A DNA stretch of 64,000 nucleotides from Candidatus Moranbacteria bacterium RIFOXYB1_FULL_43_19 (lineage in GTDB: Bacteria > Patescibacteriota > Minisyncoccia > Moranbacterales > UBA11712): assembly GCA_001784875.1 (NCBI GenBank), contig MFSH01000002.1, forward strand, positions 1,220 to 65,219, written 5' to 3'. The position numbers were made by a program, and so were the translations under genes. This document shows positions 28,551 to 38,479 of this stretch, piece after piece; within the stretch, counting starts at the first letter, position 1; the number at the start of each line of letters is the position of its first letter. The notes beneath the pieces are model-generated. The model saw only the letters and a program-made list of their open reading frames with translations, was not told the origin of the DNA and made no database searches.

Positions 28551-29648
28551 ATGAAAATAGAACTCAAAAATATCAAAATACGCGACGTGGTGAAGGGCTA
28601 CAAAGACAGTGGCGAGAGTGGAGTGGTTGGCTACAGCGGCAAACTCAACATTCGTCCGGCGTTTCAGCGCGAATTTATTTACGGCCAGAAAGAGCGCGAT
28701 GCTGTTATAAGGACAGTACGGTCTAGCTTTCCGCTCAACACAATGTATTGGTCGGTGGATAGAGACGGCGGCTTTGAACTCATGGACGGCCAACAGCGCA
28801 CTATTTCTATTTGCCAATACGTCACAGAGATTATCCCAATCAAGTTTGATGACGGCTACGAATTGGCATTTAATAATTTAACCACCGACCAGCAAGAGAA
28901 GATTTTGAATTACGACCTTTCCGTCTATATCTGCGAAGGAACGGAAAGCGAAAAACTTGCGTGGTTTCGAACAATCAATATCGCAGGCAAGCCATTGACC
29001 GATCAGGAACTCTTAAACGCCATGCACACTGGACCGTGGCTTGCCGATGCCAAACGCTGGTTTAGCAAGACAGGTGGACCGGCGTATCAGATTGGCGAAA
29101 ATTATGTAAACGGTTCGCCGATTCGACAAGATTATCTCGAAAAGACACTTGACTGGATTTCGGACGGAAAGATTGAGAATTACATGAGCCGCCACCAGCA
29201 AGACAAAGACGCGCAGGAGTTGTGGCAGTATTTTCAAGAGGTCGTAGCATGGGTTGAGCGCGTATTCCCCGAGTATCGAAAAATTATGAAGGGCTTAGAA
29301 TGGGGGCGACTTTACAATGAGCACAAGGGTGACAAATTAAATGCGGCAAGCTTGGAAAAACAAATTGCGGAATTGATTGAAGATGACGAAGTAGATAATA
29401 AGAAAGGTATTTATGAGTATCTTTTGACCGGAGACGAGAAGACGCTCAATCTGCGCGCCTTTGATGAAAAGACAAAAGTAACGCAGTACGAAAAACAGAA
29501 AGGGATTTGTCCGGTATGCAAAAAACATTTTGAGATTGAGGAAATGGAGGCAGACCACATCGTCCCATGGCATTCTGGCGGAAAAACTGTCGTGAAGAAT
29601 TGTCAGATGTTGTGTAAGCAAGATAACCGGACCAAGTCGGGAAAATAA
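28551..29648 (+). CDS. DUF262 (GmrS/ParB-like) + HNH endonuclease
   Basis: IRPAFQREF, MDGQQR, FRTINIAG; CPVC..ADHIVPW..GG..NCQMLC..N. Confidence 0.88.
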   Translation: MKIELKNIKIRDVVKGYKDSGESGVVGYSGKLNIRPAFQREFIYGQKERDAVIRTVRSSFPLNTMYWSVDRDGGFELMDGQQRTISICQYVTEIIPIKFDDGYELAFNNLTTDQQEKILNYDLSVYICEGTESEKLAWFRTINIAGKPLTDQELLNAMHTGPWLADAKRWFSKTGGPAYQIGENYVNGSPIRQDYLEKTLDWISDGKIENYMSRHQQDKDAQELWQYFQEVVAWVERVFPEYRKIMKGLEWGRLYNEHKGDKLNAASLEKQIAELIEDDEVDNKKGIYEYLLTGDEKTLNLRAFDEKTKVTQYEKQKGICPVCKKHFEIEEMEADHIVPWHSGGKTVVKNCQMLCKQDNRTKSGK

Positions 29649-29669
29649 ACAAATTAATTTTCTGAATGC

Positions 29670-30194
29670 ATGAGCAAAATAAAAATTTCATTGGACTACA
29701 GCATTCCGAAAGAAGACCGTAAAAAACTTATAAGTATAGTCAAGAAGGCAGATGCCGGCGCAGAAGTTACCGAGGGTGATCTTAGCGCAATGGGAGGCAT
29801 CACATGGTATCCGAGAGACTTGATTATTTTTGTCGCAAGTCTTACTGCAGCAGGCTTTTTTGCTGCATTAGGGAAAGATCTCTATATTCAATTAAGAGAT
29901 CGAATAAAAAAACTTCTTTCAGAGGATCAGCCCAAGGCTGGGGCGATATATTACTCATATCTGGCTTTCGATATTGGAAGTACGGTCTTGTATTTTGAAG
30001 TTGACAGAATAAATGTGTATTCAATTGATAGGGCCTACGAAAAAATAATTGAGGATTTTCCCATTATAAAAAAAGAAGTTGAACGACTCATTCAATTCAA
30101 ACCTAATAAACTCACAGGTAAGTTTGATAGCATTACATTCATTTTTGATGATTTGGATGATCAGTGGATTATTGCTCATTTCAATAAATATTAA
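29670..30194 (+). CDS. Hypothetical protein
   Basis: 174-aa ORF co-oriented with the MTase/HNH pair; one hydrophobic segment. Confidence 0.6.
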   Translation: MSKIKISLDYSIPKEDRKKLISIVKKADAGAEVTEGDLSAMGGITWYPRDLIIFVASLTAAGFFAALGKDLYIQLRDRIKKLLSEDQPKAGAIYYSYLAFDIGSTVLYFEVDRINVYSIDRAYEKIIEDFPIIKKEVERLIQFKPNKLTGKFDSITFIFDDLDDQWIIAHFNKY

Positions 30195-30230
30195 GTGAAT
30201 AGTACAACTGCGAGAACTGTTTCAAGTTTT

Positions 30231-30980
30231 ATGTATAAAGTAGAATCTATAAAGAAAATTGAAAACAGTTTAAAGGAACTATTTCCCGATGAAACAAGAT
30301 ATATAGGACGACTCTCCGAAGCAATTGCATCTCTTTATGCAAGACAGAAAGAAGTCGCCATCGCAGAAAGCAAGCTTTCCAGAGCTAACGACATTTTTTT
30401 CGGAGGATTTGTAAATTTTTTCAAGCTATTGTGGAAAAATCTTACAAAATCAAATACATTATCTGAATGCCAACAACAATTTTTCGACAAATATATTTCA
30501 TATACTCAGGGGCTTTACGGAGTCTTAAGTGCAACTATACTCTTTATCAAAGAGACAGAAGGTGTAGATAAAAGTAATATTTCAACCGGCACTAGCACAA
30601 AGAAATTTTTAGAGAGTTGTTTGGGCCAAGATATAATTGACGAATCAACATTTAATCTCTTATATCAGACAACAATTATTAGGAGTCTGACATCGGATCA
30701 TATTCAGGATGGTTTGATGACATGGGGCACTGTCAGTTTCAACACAATTGGTCATCGCAAAGACAAGATCATTGAAACCCCGACTGAATTCGCATCCATG
30801 TATACACTTATTATTTGGCCCATGAAGTCTTACGATGAATTAAGGAAAGACACTCAGGCGCAATTAGAAAGATTGCTTTTTACGGATGTTCCTTTGCCAT
30901 CTTTCTTTTGTCCCCATTTTTCACATATTACCCAGGCATATTCGAATTTACTTGCAGGTTTTTCCAATCGTAAAAAGTAA
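30231..30980 (+). CDS. Hypothetical protein, possible HEPN-like
   Basis: Helical-looking, with R-x5-H (RSLTSDH); start may be GTG 30195. Confidence 0.5.
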   Translation: MYKVESIKKIENSLKELFPDETRYIGRLSEAIASLYARQKEVAIAESKLSRANDIFFGGFVNFFKLLWKNLTKSNTLSECQQQFFDKYISYTQGLYGVLSATILFIKETEGVDKSNISTGTSTKKFLESCLGQDIIDESTFNLLYQTTIIRSLTSDHIQDGLMTWGTVSFNTIGHRKDKIIETPTEFASMYTLIIWPMKSYDELRKDTQAQLERLLFTDVPLPSFFCPHFSHITQAYSNLLAGFSNRKK

Positions 30981-31065
30981 TACAGGTTTTACACTTGTAG
31001 CTATATTACAGCGGTGAAATCGAAAAAAAATAATAAAAACAGAGATATAACCAACTTAGAAATAA

Positions 31066-31257
31066 ATGACCGAACCTTCAAATGATTTTGTTTTGTATAT
31101 TCAAAAAATGGTTAAGGAGAAGACCGGAAAAGAGCCGACATATCAGGAAGCAAAAGAGGGAGTTGATAATCTGATTGGTTTTTTTGATTTGTTATTGCGA
31201 ATCGATCGTCGAAATAACAGGAGAGAATATAAACAAAACAAACCAATCAAGAAATGA
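31066..31257 (+). CDS. Small hypothetical protein at the island end
   Basis: 63 aa, EAKEGVDNLIGFFDLLLRID amphipathic helix. Confidence 0.55.
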   Translation: MTEPSNDFVLYIQKMVKEKTGKEPTYQEAKEGVDNLIGFFDLLLRIDRRNNRREYKQNKPIKK

Positions 31258-31436
31258 AGCTGGATTGTTTGTTTGATCAATCAAAAAACAGCAATTCTAG
31301 CGCTGTTTTTTTTGATTATCCCTTAATTGGTTCCAATTCCCGGACACCCTCGGCCTTTTGTGGCCCAGTATGGCTTCCGGGAAAATACCTTAAGCATGCG
31401 GAGATCTCGCGTCTCCTCGATACTGAAGGCTTGGTG

Positions 31437-31509
31437 CGGGGCCGACGGGACTCGAACCCGCGATCTTCTCCGTGACAGGGAGACGTGATAACCGCTACAC
31501 TACGGCCCC
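31437..31509 (-). tRNA. tRNA-Asp(GTC)
   Basis: GGGGCCG acceptor, TCTCC-CTGTCAC-GGAGA anticodon arm, GGTTCGAGTCC. Confidence 0.95.
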
Positions 31510-31523
31510 AATATTCAGTTTTG

Positions 31524-31597
31524 TAGCGGCGAGTGGACTCGAACCACTGACCCCAGCCTTATGAGTGCTGTGCTCTAACCAGCTGAGCTACGCCGCC
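31524..31597 (-). tRNA. tRNA with CAT anticodon (elongator Met likely; Ile2 not excluded)
   Basis: GGCGGCGTAGCTCAGCTGGTTAGAGC..CTCATAA..GGTTCGAGTCC..CGCCGCTA. Confidence 0.9.
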
Positions 31598-32265
31598 TCG
31601 TTTAAAGCTTCAATCCATCCAAGTATTTGATACAACAGATCGCTGCTTTTTGCAATCCTAATTGACAGAGTGCCGTAATGATGAGAAAAATTTTCGTAGA
31701 ATTTCTTATTTTTCGCTTTTATTAGAATTGGTTTTCTGAACTGACTAGCGGAAACCTTCGTTATTTTAGACCAATATTTTACCACTTCACGTAATCTCGC
31801 TTTGTGAATTTCATTAATATTAACATACATCAAGAATCTTTCCCTTTCAACCTTTAAAGATTTTCTGAACCAATTCATCGCAAACTGAATCGCTGCTGGA
31901 TCAGAATTATGAAATCTGACTCCCGAAGAACTTTTTGAACCCTCTCCCCAATATAAAGCTAATCCGGCAATAAACAATTCCCGTTTTCTCAGCGCATAAA
32001 TATCCTTTCTGGCCTTTCGCAAACATTCTTCAATCCTTTTCCTTTTCTTTTCTTTCTGCAATTTCGCTCCAACCATTCTTCCTTTGTAACTTCCACGAAT
32101 CATCTTAGTATGCAACTTTTGTGTTTGTTCCTCGGTTAACTGAATATCAGAACACCAAAGACTGGCTGAACTTTTTGAAACGTTTAACTTCTCCGCAATT
32201 TCCTTTATACTTAATCCTTTTTTTCTTAAATTACGGGCTAGAAATTGTTCTTTTGATTTTGCCAT
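31588..32265 (-). CDS. HTH + LAGLIDADG-like protein between tRNA genes
   Basis: GLSIKEIAEKLNVSKSSASLW HTH; LFIAGLALYWGEG helix then FHNSDP; stop TAG lies within the tRNA 5' end. Confidence 0.6.
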   Translation of the reverse strand: MAKSKEQFLARNLRKKGLSIKEIAEKLNVSKSSASLWCSDIQLTEEQTQKLHTKMIRGSYKGRMVGAKLQKEKKRKRIEECLRKARKDIYALRKRELFIAGLALYWGEGSKSSSGVRFHNSDPAAIQFAMNWFRKSLKVERERFLMYVNINEIHKARLREVVKYWSKITKVSASQFRKPILIKAKNKKFYENFSHHYGTLSIRIAKSSDLLYQILGWIEALNEAA

Positions 32266-32369
32266 ATCGAACTGACGATTATTGTTATATAGGCATTATA
32301 CCATCAGTTCTAGAATATATCAAAAAAACAACCACGCTTTTGCGCTTCGGAATTTTTTGCGGACGTTTG

Positions 32370-32443
32370 TTGCGGGGGTGGGATTTGAACCCACGACCTG
32401 GTGGTTATGAGCCACCCGAGCTACCAGACTGCTCTACCCCGCT
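32370..32443 (-). tRNA. Initiator tRNA-fMet(CAT)
   Basis: AGCGGGGTAGAGCAGTCTGGTAGCTCG..CTCATAA..GGTTCAAATCC; A1-A72 mismatch. Confidence 0.9.
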
Positions 32444-32581
32444 GTATTGCCATGCCATACTATAGCATTTTTGGGCTTTTGTCAATTACTTGACGCAATC
32501 CTATATCTTTCCTAAGATTAAAAGCTGCACCTTAAATCAAAAATAACCGAGAAAACTCGGAAAAAAGGATGGGTCAACCCA

Positions 32582-33061
32582 ATGAATTGGTTTTATTTTT
32601 CTCTTGCCTGCCTGTGTTTCTGGACGCCTACCGGGATTTTCCTTGGCAAGGCAAATGGGGCACACGGTTTTGTCATGACTTTCCATGTCCAAGCCGTCAT
32701 CATGATTATTTTTTCCTTTTTCCTTCAATTCATTGAGCCCCCGAATATGACTCTGGTCACCAAGCCCTCAATGGCGTTTTCCATTGCCAACGGGATCTGC
32801 TCGGGCTTCGCTTATGTATTTTTCATGAAGTCCTTTGAGGTCGCCCCGGGCAAAGTTCCGGAGATAGAGTTTGTCACCGCTCTTTATCCGGTGCTATGCG
32901 TTTTCCTGATTTTCGCTATCCAGCAAATCCGCCCGAGCTGGGTTGATGAGATAGTGAAAATCAGATTCAACCACTTGCTTAGCGCCGTTCTTTTTGCCAG
33001 CGCTTTCGCCAGCTGGTTCTGGCAACCAGAATGGACTGAAAAAGTGAAATCATTTTTCTGA
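32582..33061 (+). CDS. Multi-TM membrane protein, EamA/DMT-like
   Basis: About five hydrophobic segments; TALYPV motif. Confidence 0.55.
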   Translation: MNWFYFSLACLCFWTPTGIFLGKANGAHGFVMTFHVQAVIMIIFSFFLQFIEPPNMTLVTKPSMAFSIANGICSGFAYVFFMKSFEVAPGKVPEIEFVTALYPVLCVFLIFAIQQIRPSWVDEIVKIRFNHLLSAVLFASAFASWFWQPEWTEKVKSFF

Positions 33062-33090
33062 TTATCTCTATTATTCATAGGAGGATCAAA

Positions 33091-33306
33091 ATGCTCAATC
33101 GCAAGAGCCAGTTGTTGCAAGCGGCAATTTCCTTAGCCGAGTTAGAATACTTTTCCGAAGAGTTTGAAAACGGAAAATATTGGTGGTATAGAAACCGGGG
33201 TTATTTATTCTATCACGCCGCTAGAGGTGACAACTTCGCGGCGAGATCTTTGCGCCATATTAAAGCGACGAGAGATAATTTCTACGTGATCTTTCGATCC
33301 TTATAG
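33091..33306 (+). CDS. Small hypothetical protein
   Basis: AGGAGG SD upstream; followed by a GC-rich hairpin at 33311-33342. Confidence 0.5.
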   Translation: MLNRKSQLLQAAISLAELEYFSEEFENGKYWWYRNRGYLFYHAARGDNFAARSLRHIKATRDNFYVIFRSL

Positions 33307-33484
33307 GAAAGCGGGAGGCACCGATACGTTCGGGCCTCCCGCCCCAGAATTTCAAATCCTGCCAAGGGATTTTTTTTGTTTTCAAAAAAATATTTTTACT
33401 GGACAAAATAACAAATTCGCCCTAAGATAACATGCTGCTCTTTGACAGCAAAATATTCCAAATTCCCGAAAAGGAGGCATAACC

Positions 33485-35077
33485 ATGCCCAGATGGCCGG
33501 AACGGATCACGGCGGAACATTTGGCAACCATGCCGGAATGCCTCCCGTTCGGAGACATCCTCTATCTTTCAAAAATGATCAGCTCAAGCAAAGAGATGAG
33601 ACTTGCCAAAAGCATTCTTCTTCGCCAGCCAAAAATTCTCAACCAATTGCCGGCATTTGTCCGCGAAAGCGCAAAACGCTCATCGCCCTACGGCCTGCTC
33701 ACTGCATTGCGTTTCGAGTTCGAACACGCCTGCGACATTGACTACAGGAATGGAAAAATAATCGAGCCTGAATGGTCAAAAAATCTGCCCGACTTCTTGA
33801 AAGCAGACCTGCGAGCGAACCTCGCAATTTGCGATTTGCCCCAAGATATCGAGTTTATTGTGCCAAATATTCCCCACGCGGGACTTGGCTATATCATTCT
33901 CGAGGATGGCTTGGTTTCCAATGTCGGACTCGCAATCGGCCTTTGGCGGCTTCAAGGGATCGCTCAGCTTGCGAATCTCACTGACCCGGTTGTCAACGAG
34001 CTTGAAATCGGATCCTGGTCAAGGCGATTTGAGCACACCAGATTCTGCCATAGCTTGGATACATATGTGATTATGGCTTTAATCCTTCACAACAACCGCA
34101 ACGTCCTTAATGATTCGCTAATCCTCAATGGGAAAGTTGCCGCGCTTCTTCATGATCTTGCGACACCGGCTGGCGGAGACGGAACGAAGCCGATCGACCC
34201 GCAAGCCTTTTCCGAAGAAAAAAATATCGAAAGGTTTTTAACCGGAAAAAAATGGCTGGCAATTTGCGAACGCCATGGTCTTGATACGGAGATGATCATC
34301 TCCGCAATTCAGGGAAAGGGAATTCTCGGAAAAATTCTTGATGTGGCAGACAGGATCGCTTATGTCGCCCGGGATGTTCGGATATATCTGGGAAGATACT
34401 TTCCAAAATCAACCCTCCCTTGGCCGATTTCGTATGAAACCATCCGCCTTTTCGCCGAATCGAAACCTGAATTTTGCACCGTCTGGGATTGTGTGAAAAT
34501 TTCGGACGAAGAGGTTGTCTTCACTGATCCGGCAAGGCTAGCAGATTTTCTTCTTGGCCGCGTTTATATGTGCAAGAACCTTTACTACAACAGCCATGCC
34601 CGGTCTTTTGAAACAATTCTGGCTAATACGGTTCTTCGTTATATGTATAGGCAAGGAATCGTCAAATGGGAAGATTTCTACCGGAATGAGGATTATTATC
34701 TCGACCGGATTATCGAGGATTTCATTGGCCGCCGATACGCAATGAACAACGCTTTCGCGATAGGCGAACCATATGCTGAAACATTTTCTTCTCTTGAAGA
34801 AGCGGTGAAGAGAAAAAAGCAACTCCTTGAAGAAGGAATAATTTTTTCCGTAATGGAAGACGCAAGAAGTAAGATAAAAACAGCGACCGAATATCTCGTT
34901 CTCCAGAACGGGAAAATTATGCCTTTTTTCGAGGCATCACCAAAGGAAGCGGCGAAAATTCAACAGGTCGCGGTTATTGAAAAACCTTTTTACCTCTTCT
35001 ATTTGAAAGATATGGATATCAAACCGGAGGCCGAAAAAGCCCTCCGCGAATTCTATCTCAACGAACACACAAAATAG
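33485..35077 (+). CDS. HD-domain protein, SAMHD1/dNTP triphosphohydrolase-like, with N-terminal extension
   Basis: RLQGIAQL, FEHTRFCHS, ALLHD, DVADRIAY, MCKNLYY; AGGAGG SD. Confidence 0.75.
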   Translation: MPRWPERITAEHLATMPECLPFGDILYLSKMISSSKEMRLAKSILLRQPKILNQLPAFVRESAKRSSPYGLLTALRFEFEHACDIDYRNGKIIEPEWSKNLPDFLKADLRANLAICDLPQDIEFIVPNIPHAGLGYIILEDGLVSNVGLAIGLWRLQGIAQLANLTDPVVNELEIGSWSRRFEHTRFCHSLDTYVIMALILHNNRNVLNDSLILNGKVAALLHDLATPAGGDGTKPIDPQAFSEEKNIERFLTGKKWLAICERHGLDTEMIISAIQGKGILGKILDVADRIAYVARDVRIYLGRYFPKSTLPWPISYETIRLFAESKPEFCTVWDCVKISDEEVVFTDPARLADFLLGRVYMCKNLYYNSHARSFETILANTVLRYMYRQGIVKWEDFYRNEDYYLDRIIEDFIGRRYAMNNAFAIGEPYAETFSSLEEAVKRKKQLLEEGIIFSVMEDARSKIKTATEYLVLQNGKIMPFFEASPKEAAKIQQVAVIEKPFYLFYLKDMDIKPEAEKALREFYLNEHTK

Positions 35078-35209
35078 AGCAGTTAGCCCACGCGGCCAGC
35101 TGCTCTTTTTCATTTCCAGATAATAAACTCACAAAGTTCTTCTGGTCTAATAATTATACTATAGCAATTTCATTAGAACAGATTTTTTTTAATTAATTCG
35201 GACAGGAAA

Positions 35210-36964
35210 TTATTTCTTTCTATTCGTATATTTCGTATGCAGCAGTTCCTCCGCTTTTTCGGATCCGGGATGGCCGAGAAATTCTTTATAGATTTTCTTT
35301 AATACTGGGTTTTCGTGGGATTTCCTGATCGGCATCCCTTTATCACGCGCCATGACACCCGCGATGCGTGCTTTGCGAACGGCCGGACCGGTTGGCACCG
35401 GCTGCCCTCCGCCCCCGATGCATCCGTTCGGACAAGCCATCACTTCGACGAAATGATAGTCGCTTTTCCCCTTTTCGATTTCCTCCAAAAGATTCTTTGC
35501 ATTCCGTATTTCATGCACCACCGCCACCCGAAGTTTCATGCCGTCAACGTCAATTTCCGCGCAGCGCGCCCCCGATTCGCCCCGCACCATTTCAAATTCC
35601 ACTTTTCCAAGTTCTGCCCCAGTGATTTTTTCCACCGCCGTCCGGAGAGCCGCTTCCATCACTCCTCCGCTTTGGGCAAAAAGCATTCCTGCTCCGGTCG
35701 AAATTCCCAGTGCCGGGTCGAATTTCCTTTCTTTCAGCTTTTTCGGGTCGATCTTCTTTTTTCGGAGAAGCCTTGCCAGCTCCCGAATAGTGAGCACTAT
35801 ATCCACATCCTGGTGCCCACTTGCATTTATTTCTTCTCTCTGCGCTTCATATTTTTTTGAAGTGCAGGGCATGATCGAGACTGAAACGATCTGCTCCGGA
35901 TTTATTTTTTCCTTTTGAGTCCAGTAGGTTTTCACGAGCGGCGCGAGCATCTGTTGGGGCGATTTGCAAGTTGAAAGATTGGGAATGAATTCGGGATAAT
36001 ATTTTTCAACATATAAAACCCAAGACGGACAACAACTGGTGAACATCGGGAACGGCCCCCTGTTCTTGATGCGCCTGATGAGCTCATGGGCTTCTTCGAT
36101 GATCGTGAGATCCGCTCCAAGAACTGTGTCAAAAACTTTGTCGCACCCGATCTCCTTGAGAGCCGCGACCAGTTTCCCCTCCCAAAAAGTGCCGGGGGCC
36201 TCTCCAAATTCTTCGCCGATTGTGAAACGAACCGAGGGAGCCGTCTGGACAACGACCATTTTTTGGGGATCTTTGAGGGCTTTTTCAAATTTTTCGATAT
36301 CGTCTTTTTCGGTGATTGCCGCTGTCGGACAAACTGCGCTGCACTGTCCGCAGAAAATGCAGTCAAGCGGAATTTCAAAAGGTGTACCGACATTCGTTTT
36401 TGAACTGCGATAATTCATCCCATAGGCTTCGACTGTTTGCATATCTCGACAAATCCGGATGCAGCGCCGGCATTCGATGCAGTATTCGCTATCCCGCGCA
36501 ATGCACGGATTTTTTTCGTCTATCGCCACATGCGACCAGTTGTCTTTGAGTAAATCCAGCTCATTTTCGCTTCTTAGCTCTTTTCGTCGCGGCACAAATT
36601 TGAATTCATCGACTTTATACTCTTCCGCCAGATTCTGAAGCTCGCATCGCCCGTTTCTTTTGCAGGACGCGCATTTTCCGGCGTGATCCGCCCAAAGAAG
36701 CTCGAGATTCACTTTCCGCGCCCTTTTCACATCTGCTGTTTCTGTTTTGATTTCCATCCCCTTGCATACTTTTTGGGTGCAGGAAGATACCAAGCTTTTC
36801 GATTGGTTTGTTTCTACAAGGCACATCCGGCAAGCGCCTTCGCTCGGCAGCAAATCCGGGTGGGCACAAAGAGTGGGAATGCGAATTCCATTTCTTTTGC
36901 AAACAGAAAGAATCGGTTCGCCTTCGTCAGCCTGATATGATTTATTGTTGATTTTTATCTGCAT
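35210..36964 (-). CDS. hydA: [FeFe]-hydrogenase group A catalytic subunit
   Basis: H-cluster motifs FTSCCPSW, MPCTSKKYE, EVMACPNGCIGGGGQP; N-terminal 2Fe2S, His-ligated and 2x4Fe4S Cys motifs. Confidence 0.93.
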   Translation of the reverse strand: MQIKINNKSYQADEGEPILSVCKRNGIRIPTLCAHPDLLPSEGACRMCLVETNQSKSLVSSCTQKVCKGMEIKTETADVKRARKVNLELLWADHAGKCASCKRNGRCELQNLAEEYKVDEFKFVPRRKELRSENELDLLKDNWSHVAIDEKNPCIARDSEYCIECRRCIRICRDMQTVEAYGMNYRSSKTNVGTPFEIPLDCIFCGQCSAVCPTAAITEKDDIEKFEKALKDPQKMVVVQTAPSVRFTIGEEFGEAPGTFWEGKLVAALKEIGCDKVFDTVLGADLTIIEEAHELIRRIKNRGPFPMFTSCCPSWVLYVEKYYPEFIPNLSTCKSPQQMLAPLVKTYWTQKEKINPEQIVSVSIMPCTSKKYEAQREEINASGHQDVDIVLTIRELARLLRKKKIDPKKLKERKFDPALGISTGAGMLFAQSGGVMEAALRTAVEKITGAELGKVEFEMVRGESGARCAEIDVDGMKLRVAVVHEIRNAKNLLEEIEKGKSDYHFVEVMACPNGCIGGGGQPVPTGPAVRKARIAGVMARDKGMPIRKSHENPVLKKIYKEFLGHPGSEKAEELLHTKYTNRKK

Positions 36965-37124
36965 GCCTTTTTTATAAATAATTCTAGTCTTTGGTAACAA
37001 GGTTATTGGCAGTGAGTCTGGTCATTGGTTATGAGTCATCGGATTTTTTTAATAACCAAAGACTAAAGACCTGTCCCACAGCTAATGACTTTGTTACTAA
37101 TGACCCATTCTTGATTCGTAGAGA

Positions 37125-38351
37125 TCACCCGAATATTTCTTTTCCAAACATCTTCATCGCATCGCTCCATGCAATCGCCGCGAAATTTCCCAGTGGACAG
37201 AAAGTCGTATTGGATAAAGTCCACAAAATATCTTCAATATTTTCTTTATCCCGCTTGAGAATTTCATTTTTTTTGATCCGTTTGGCAATTTCCCAAAGAC
37301 GGTAGGTTCCCTCCCGACACGGTACGCATTTTCCGCATGACTCCCGATGAAAAAAATCCGCCCAGGAGAAAAGCAAATTTTTGAGGTCAGTGCTCTTGTC
37401 AGCCACAAATATTGATCCGCACCCGAGATTATATTCGCCGGCGCCATACGCCAAAGGCTGATCAAGTTTTCCAGCCGTTACCAGTCGCCCCGACGCTCCT
37501 CCGATTTGAGCAAACAAAAAATCTTTTCCGCTCGCCATTCCCCCGCCGTATAAAGAGTTGTATATCAGTTCCTGGGCCGTAGTCCCGAGAGGAGCTTCGA
37601 AAATTCCTTGCTTTTTCACTGCTCCTTCAAGAACAAAGAGTTTTGTTCCCGGTGAACCGCTCACGCCTATTTGTGAATAGGTTTTAGCTCCCCGCTTTAT
37701 AATAAAGGGAACATTCGCCAGAGTTTCCGCGTTGTTCACGATCGTAGGTTTTCCAAAAAGTCCCGCTACCGGCGGATAAGGGGGTTTCAAGCGCGGCTCA
37801 CCCCGATTTCCCTCAACGCTGTTTATGAGAGCTGTCTCTTCGCCGCAGATATAAGCCCCGGCTCCCTGAAAAATATCCACCTCAATATCAATAGCGCTTC
37901 CCAACATAGAGCGTCCGATAAATTCTTTTCCCCGGGCCTGCTCAAGCGCGATTTCCAGGATTTCGTTTTGTTTTCGATAGTATCCGTTTATATAAATAAA
38001 GGCTTTTTTCGCCCCAATGGCTGTCGCGCCGATGAGAAGCCCTTCAATGATCTGGTGCGGATTTTTTTCAGCAATTGTCCGGTCCTTATACACTCCCGGC
38101 TCCGACTCGTCAAGATTGCAAATGAAATATTTTTCTTTGGCTGGAGTTTTTGCCGCCAAATCCCATTTATCGCCCGTTGGAAAACCGGCCCCGCCTCGGC
38201 CACGAAGACCGGATTTTTTCACTTCCTCAATTATTTTTTCCGGCGTCATTTCCCGAATGGCTTTGCGCAAAGATTCGTAACCGCCGGTTTTTATATAGCT
38301 GTCGATTCTGAGCGGATCTATTTTATTCCAGTTTTTTGTTAGTATTTGCAT
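37125..38351 (-). CDS. hydB: NuoF-like NADH/FMN-binding hydrogenase beta subunit (short form)
   Basis: GLRGRGGAGFPTG, NLDESEPG, GAYICGEET, ESCGKCVPCREG, FCPLG. Confidence 0.88.
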   Translation of the reverse strand: MQILTKNWNKIDPLRIDSYIKTGGYESLRKAIREMTPEKIIEEVKKSGLRGRGGAGFPTGDKWDLAAKTPAKEKYFICNLDESEPGVYKDRTIAEKNPHQIIEGLLIGATAIGAKKAFIYINGYYRKQNEILEIALEQARGKEFIGRSMLGSAIDIEVDIFQGAGAYICGEETALINSVEGNRGEPRLKPPYPPVAGLFGKPTIVNNAETLANVPFIIKRGAKTYSQIGVSGSPGTKLFVLEGAVKKQGIFEAPLGTTAQELIYNSLYGGGMASGKDFLFAQIGGASGRLVTAGKLDQPLAYGAGEYNLGCGSIFVADKSTDLKNLLFSWADFFHRESCGKCVPCREGTYRLWEIAKRIKKNEILKRDKENIEDILWTLSNTTFCPLGNFAAIAWSDAMKMFGKEIFG

Positions 38352-38479
38352 TTATAATATTTCATTGGTTACATTAGGCATAGGCTGTAAGACAAGTCAT
38401 TAGTCACTGGTTATTAGAAAGATACTATTGACTAAAGACCAACAACCAAACCCACTGCCAATAACCTTGTTACCAAAGA

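Larger units (their letters stand above)
14688..31470. mobile_element. Integrative genomic island at tRNA-Asp
   Basis: Bounded by tRNA-Asp and a degenerate direct copy of its 3' end (14691-14723); has a large serine recombinase, methyltransferases, nucleases and an AT-rich block. Confidence 0.7.

Noticed and set aside
14688-31470. Island as an intact prophage
   Set aside because: No capsid, portal, large terminase, tail or lysis genes recognised
31254-31475. 73-aa ORF ending RGRRDSNPRSSP
   Set aside because: The C-terminus is the antisense translation of tRNA-Asp; at most a remnant
32121-32465. 114-aa plus-strand ORF
   Set aside because: Antisense to tRNA-fMet and to the HTH/LAGLIDADG-like gene
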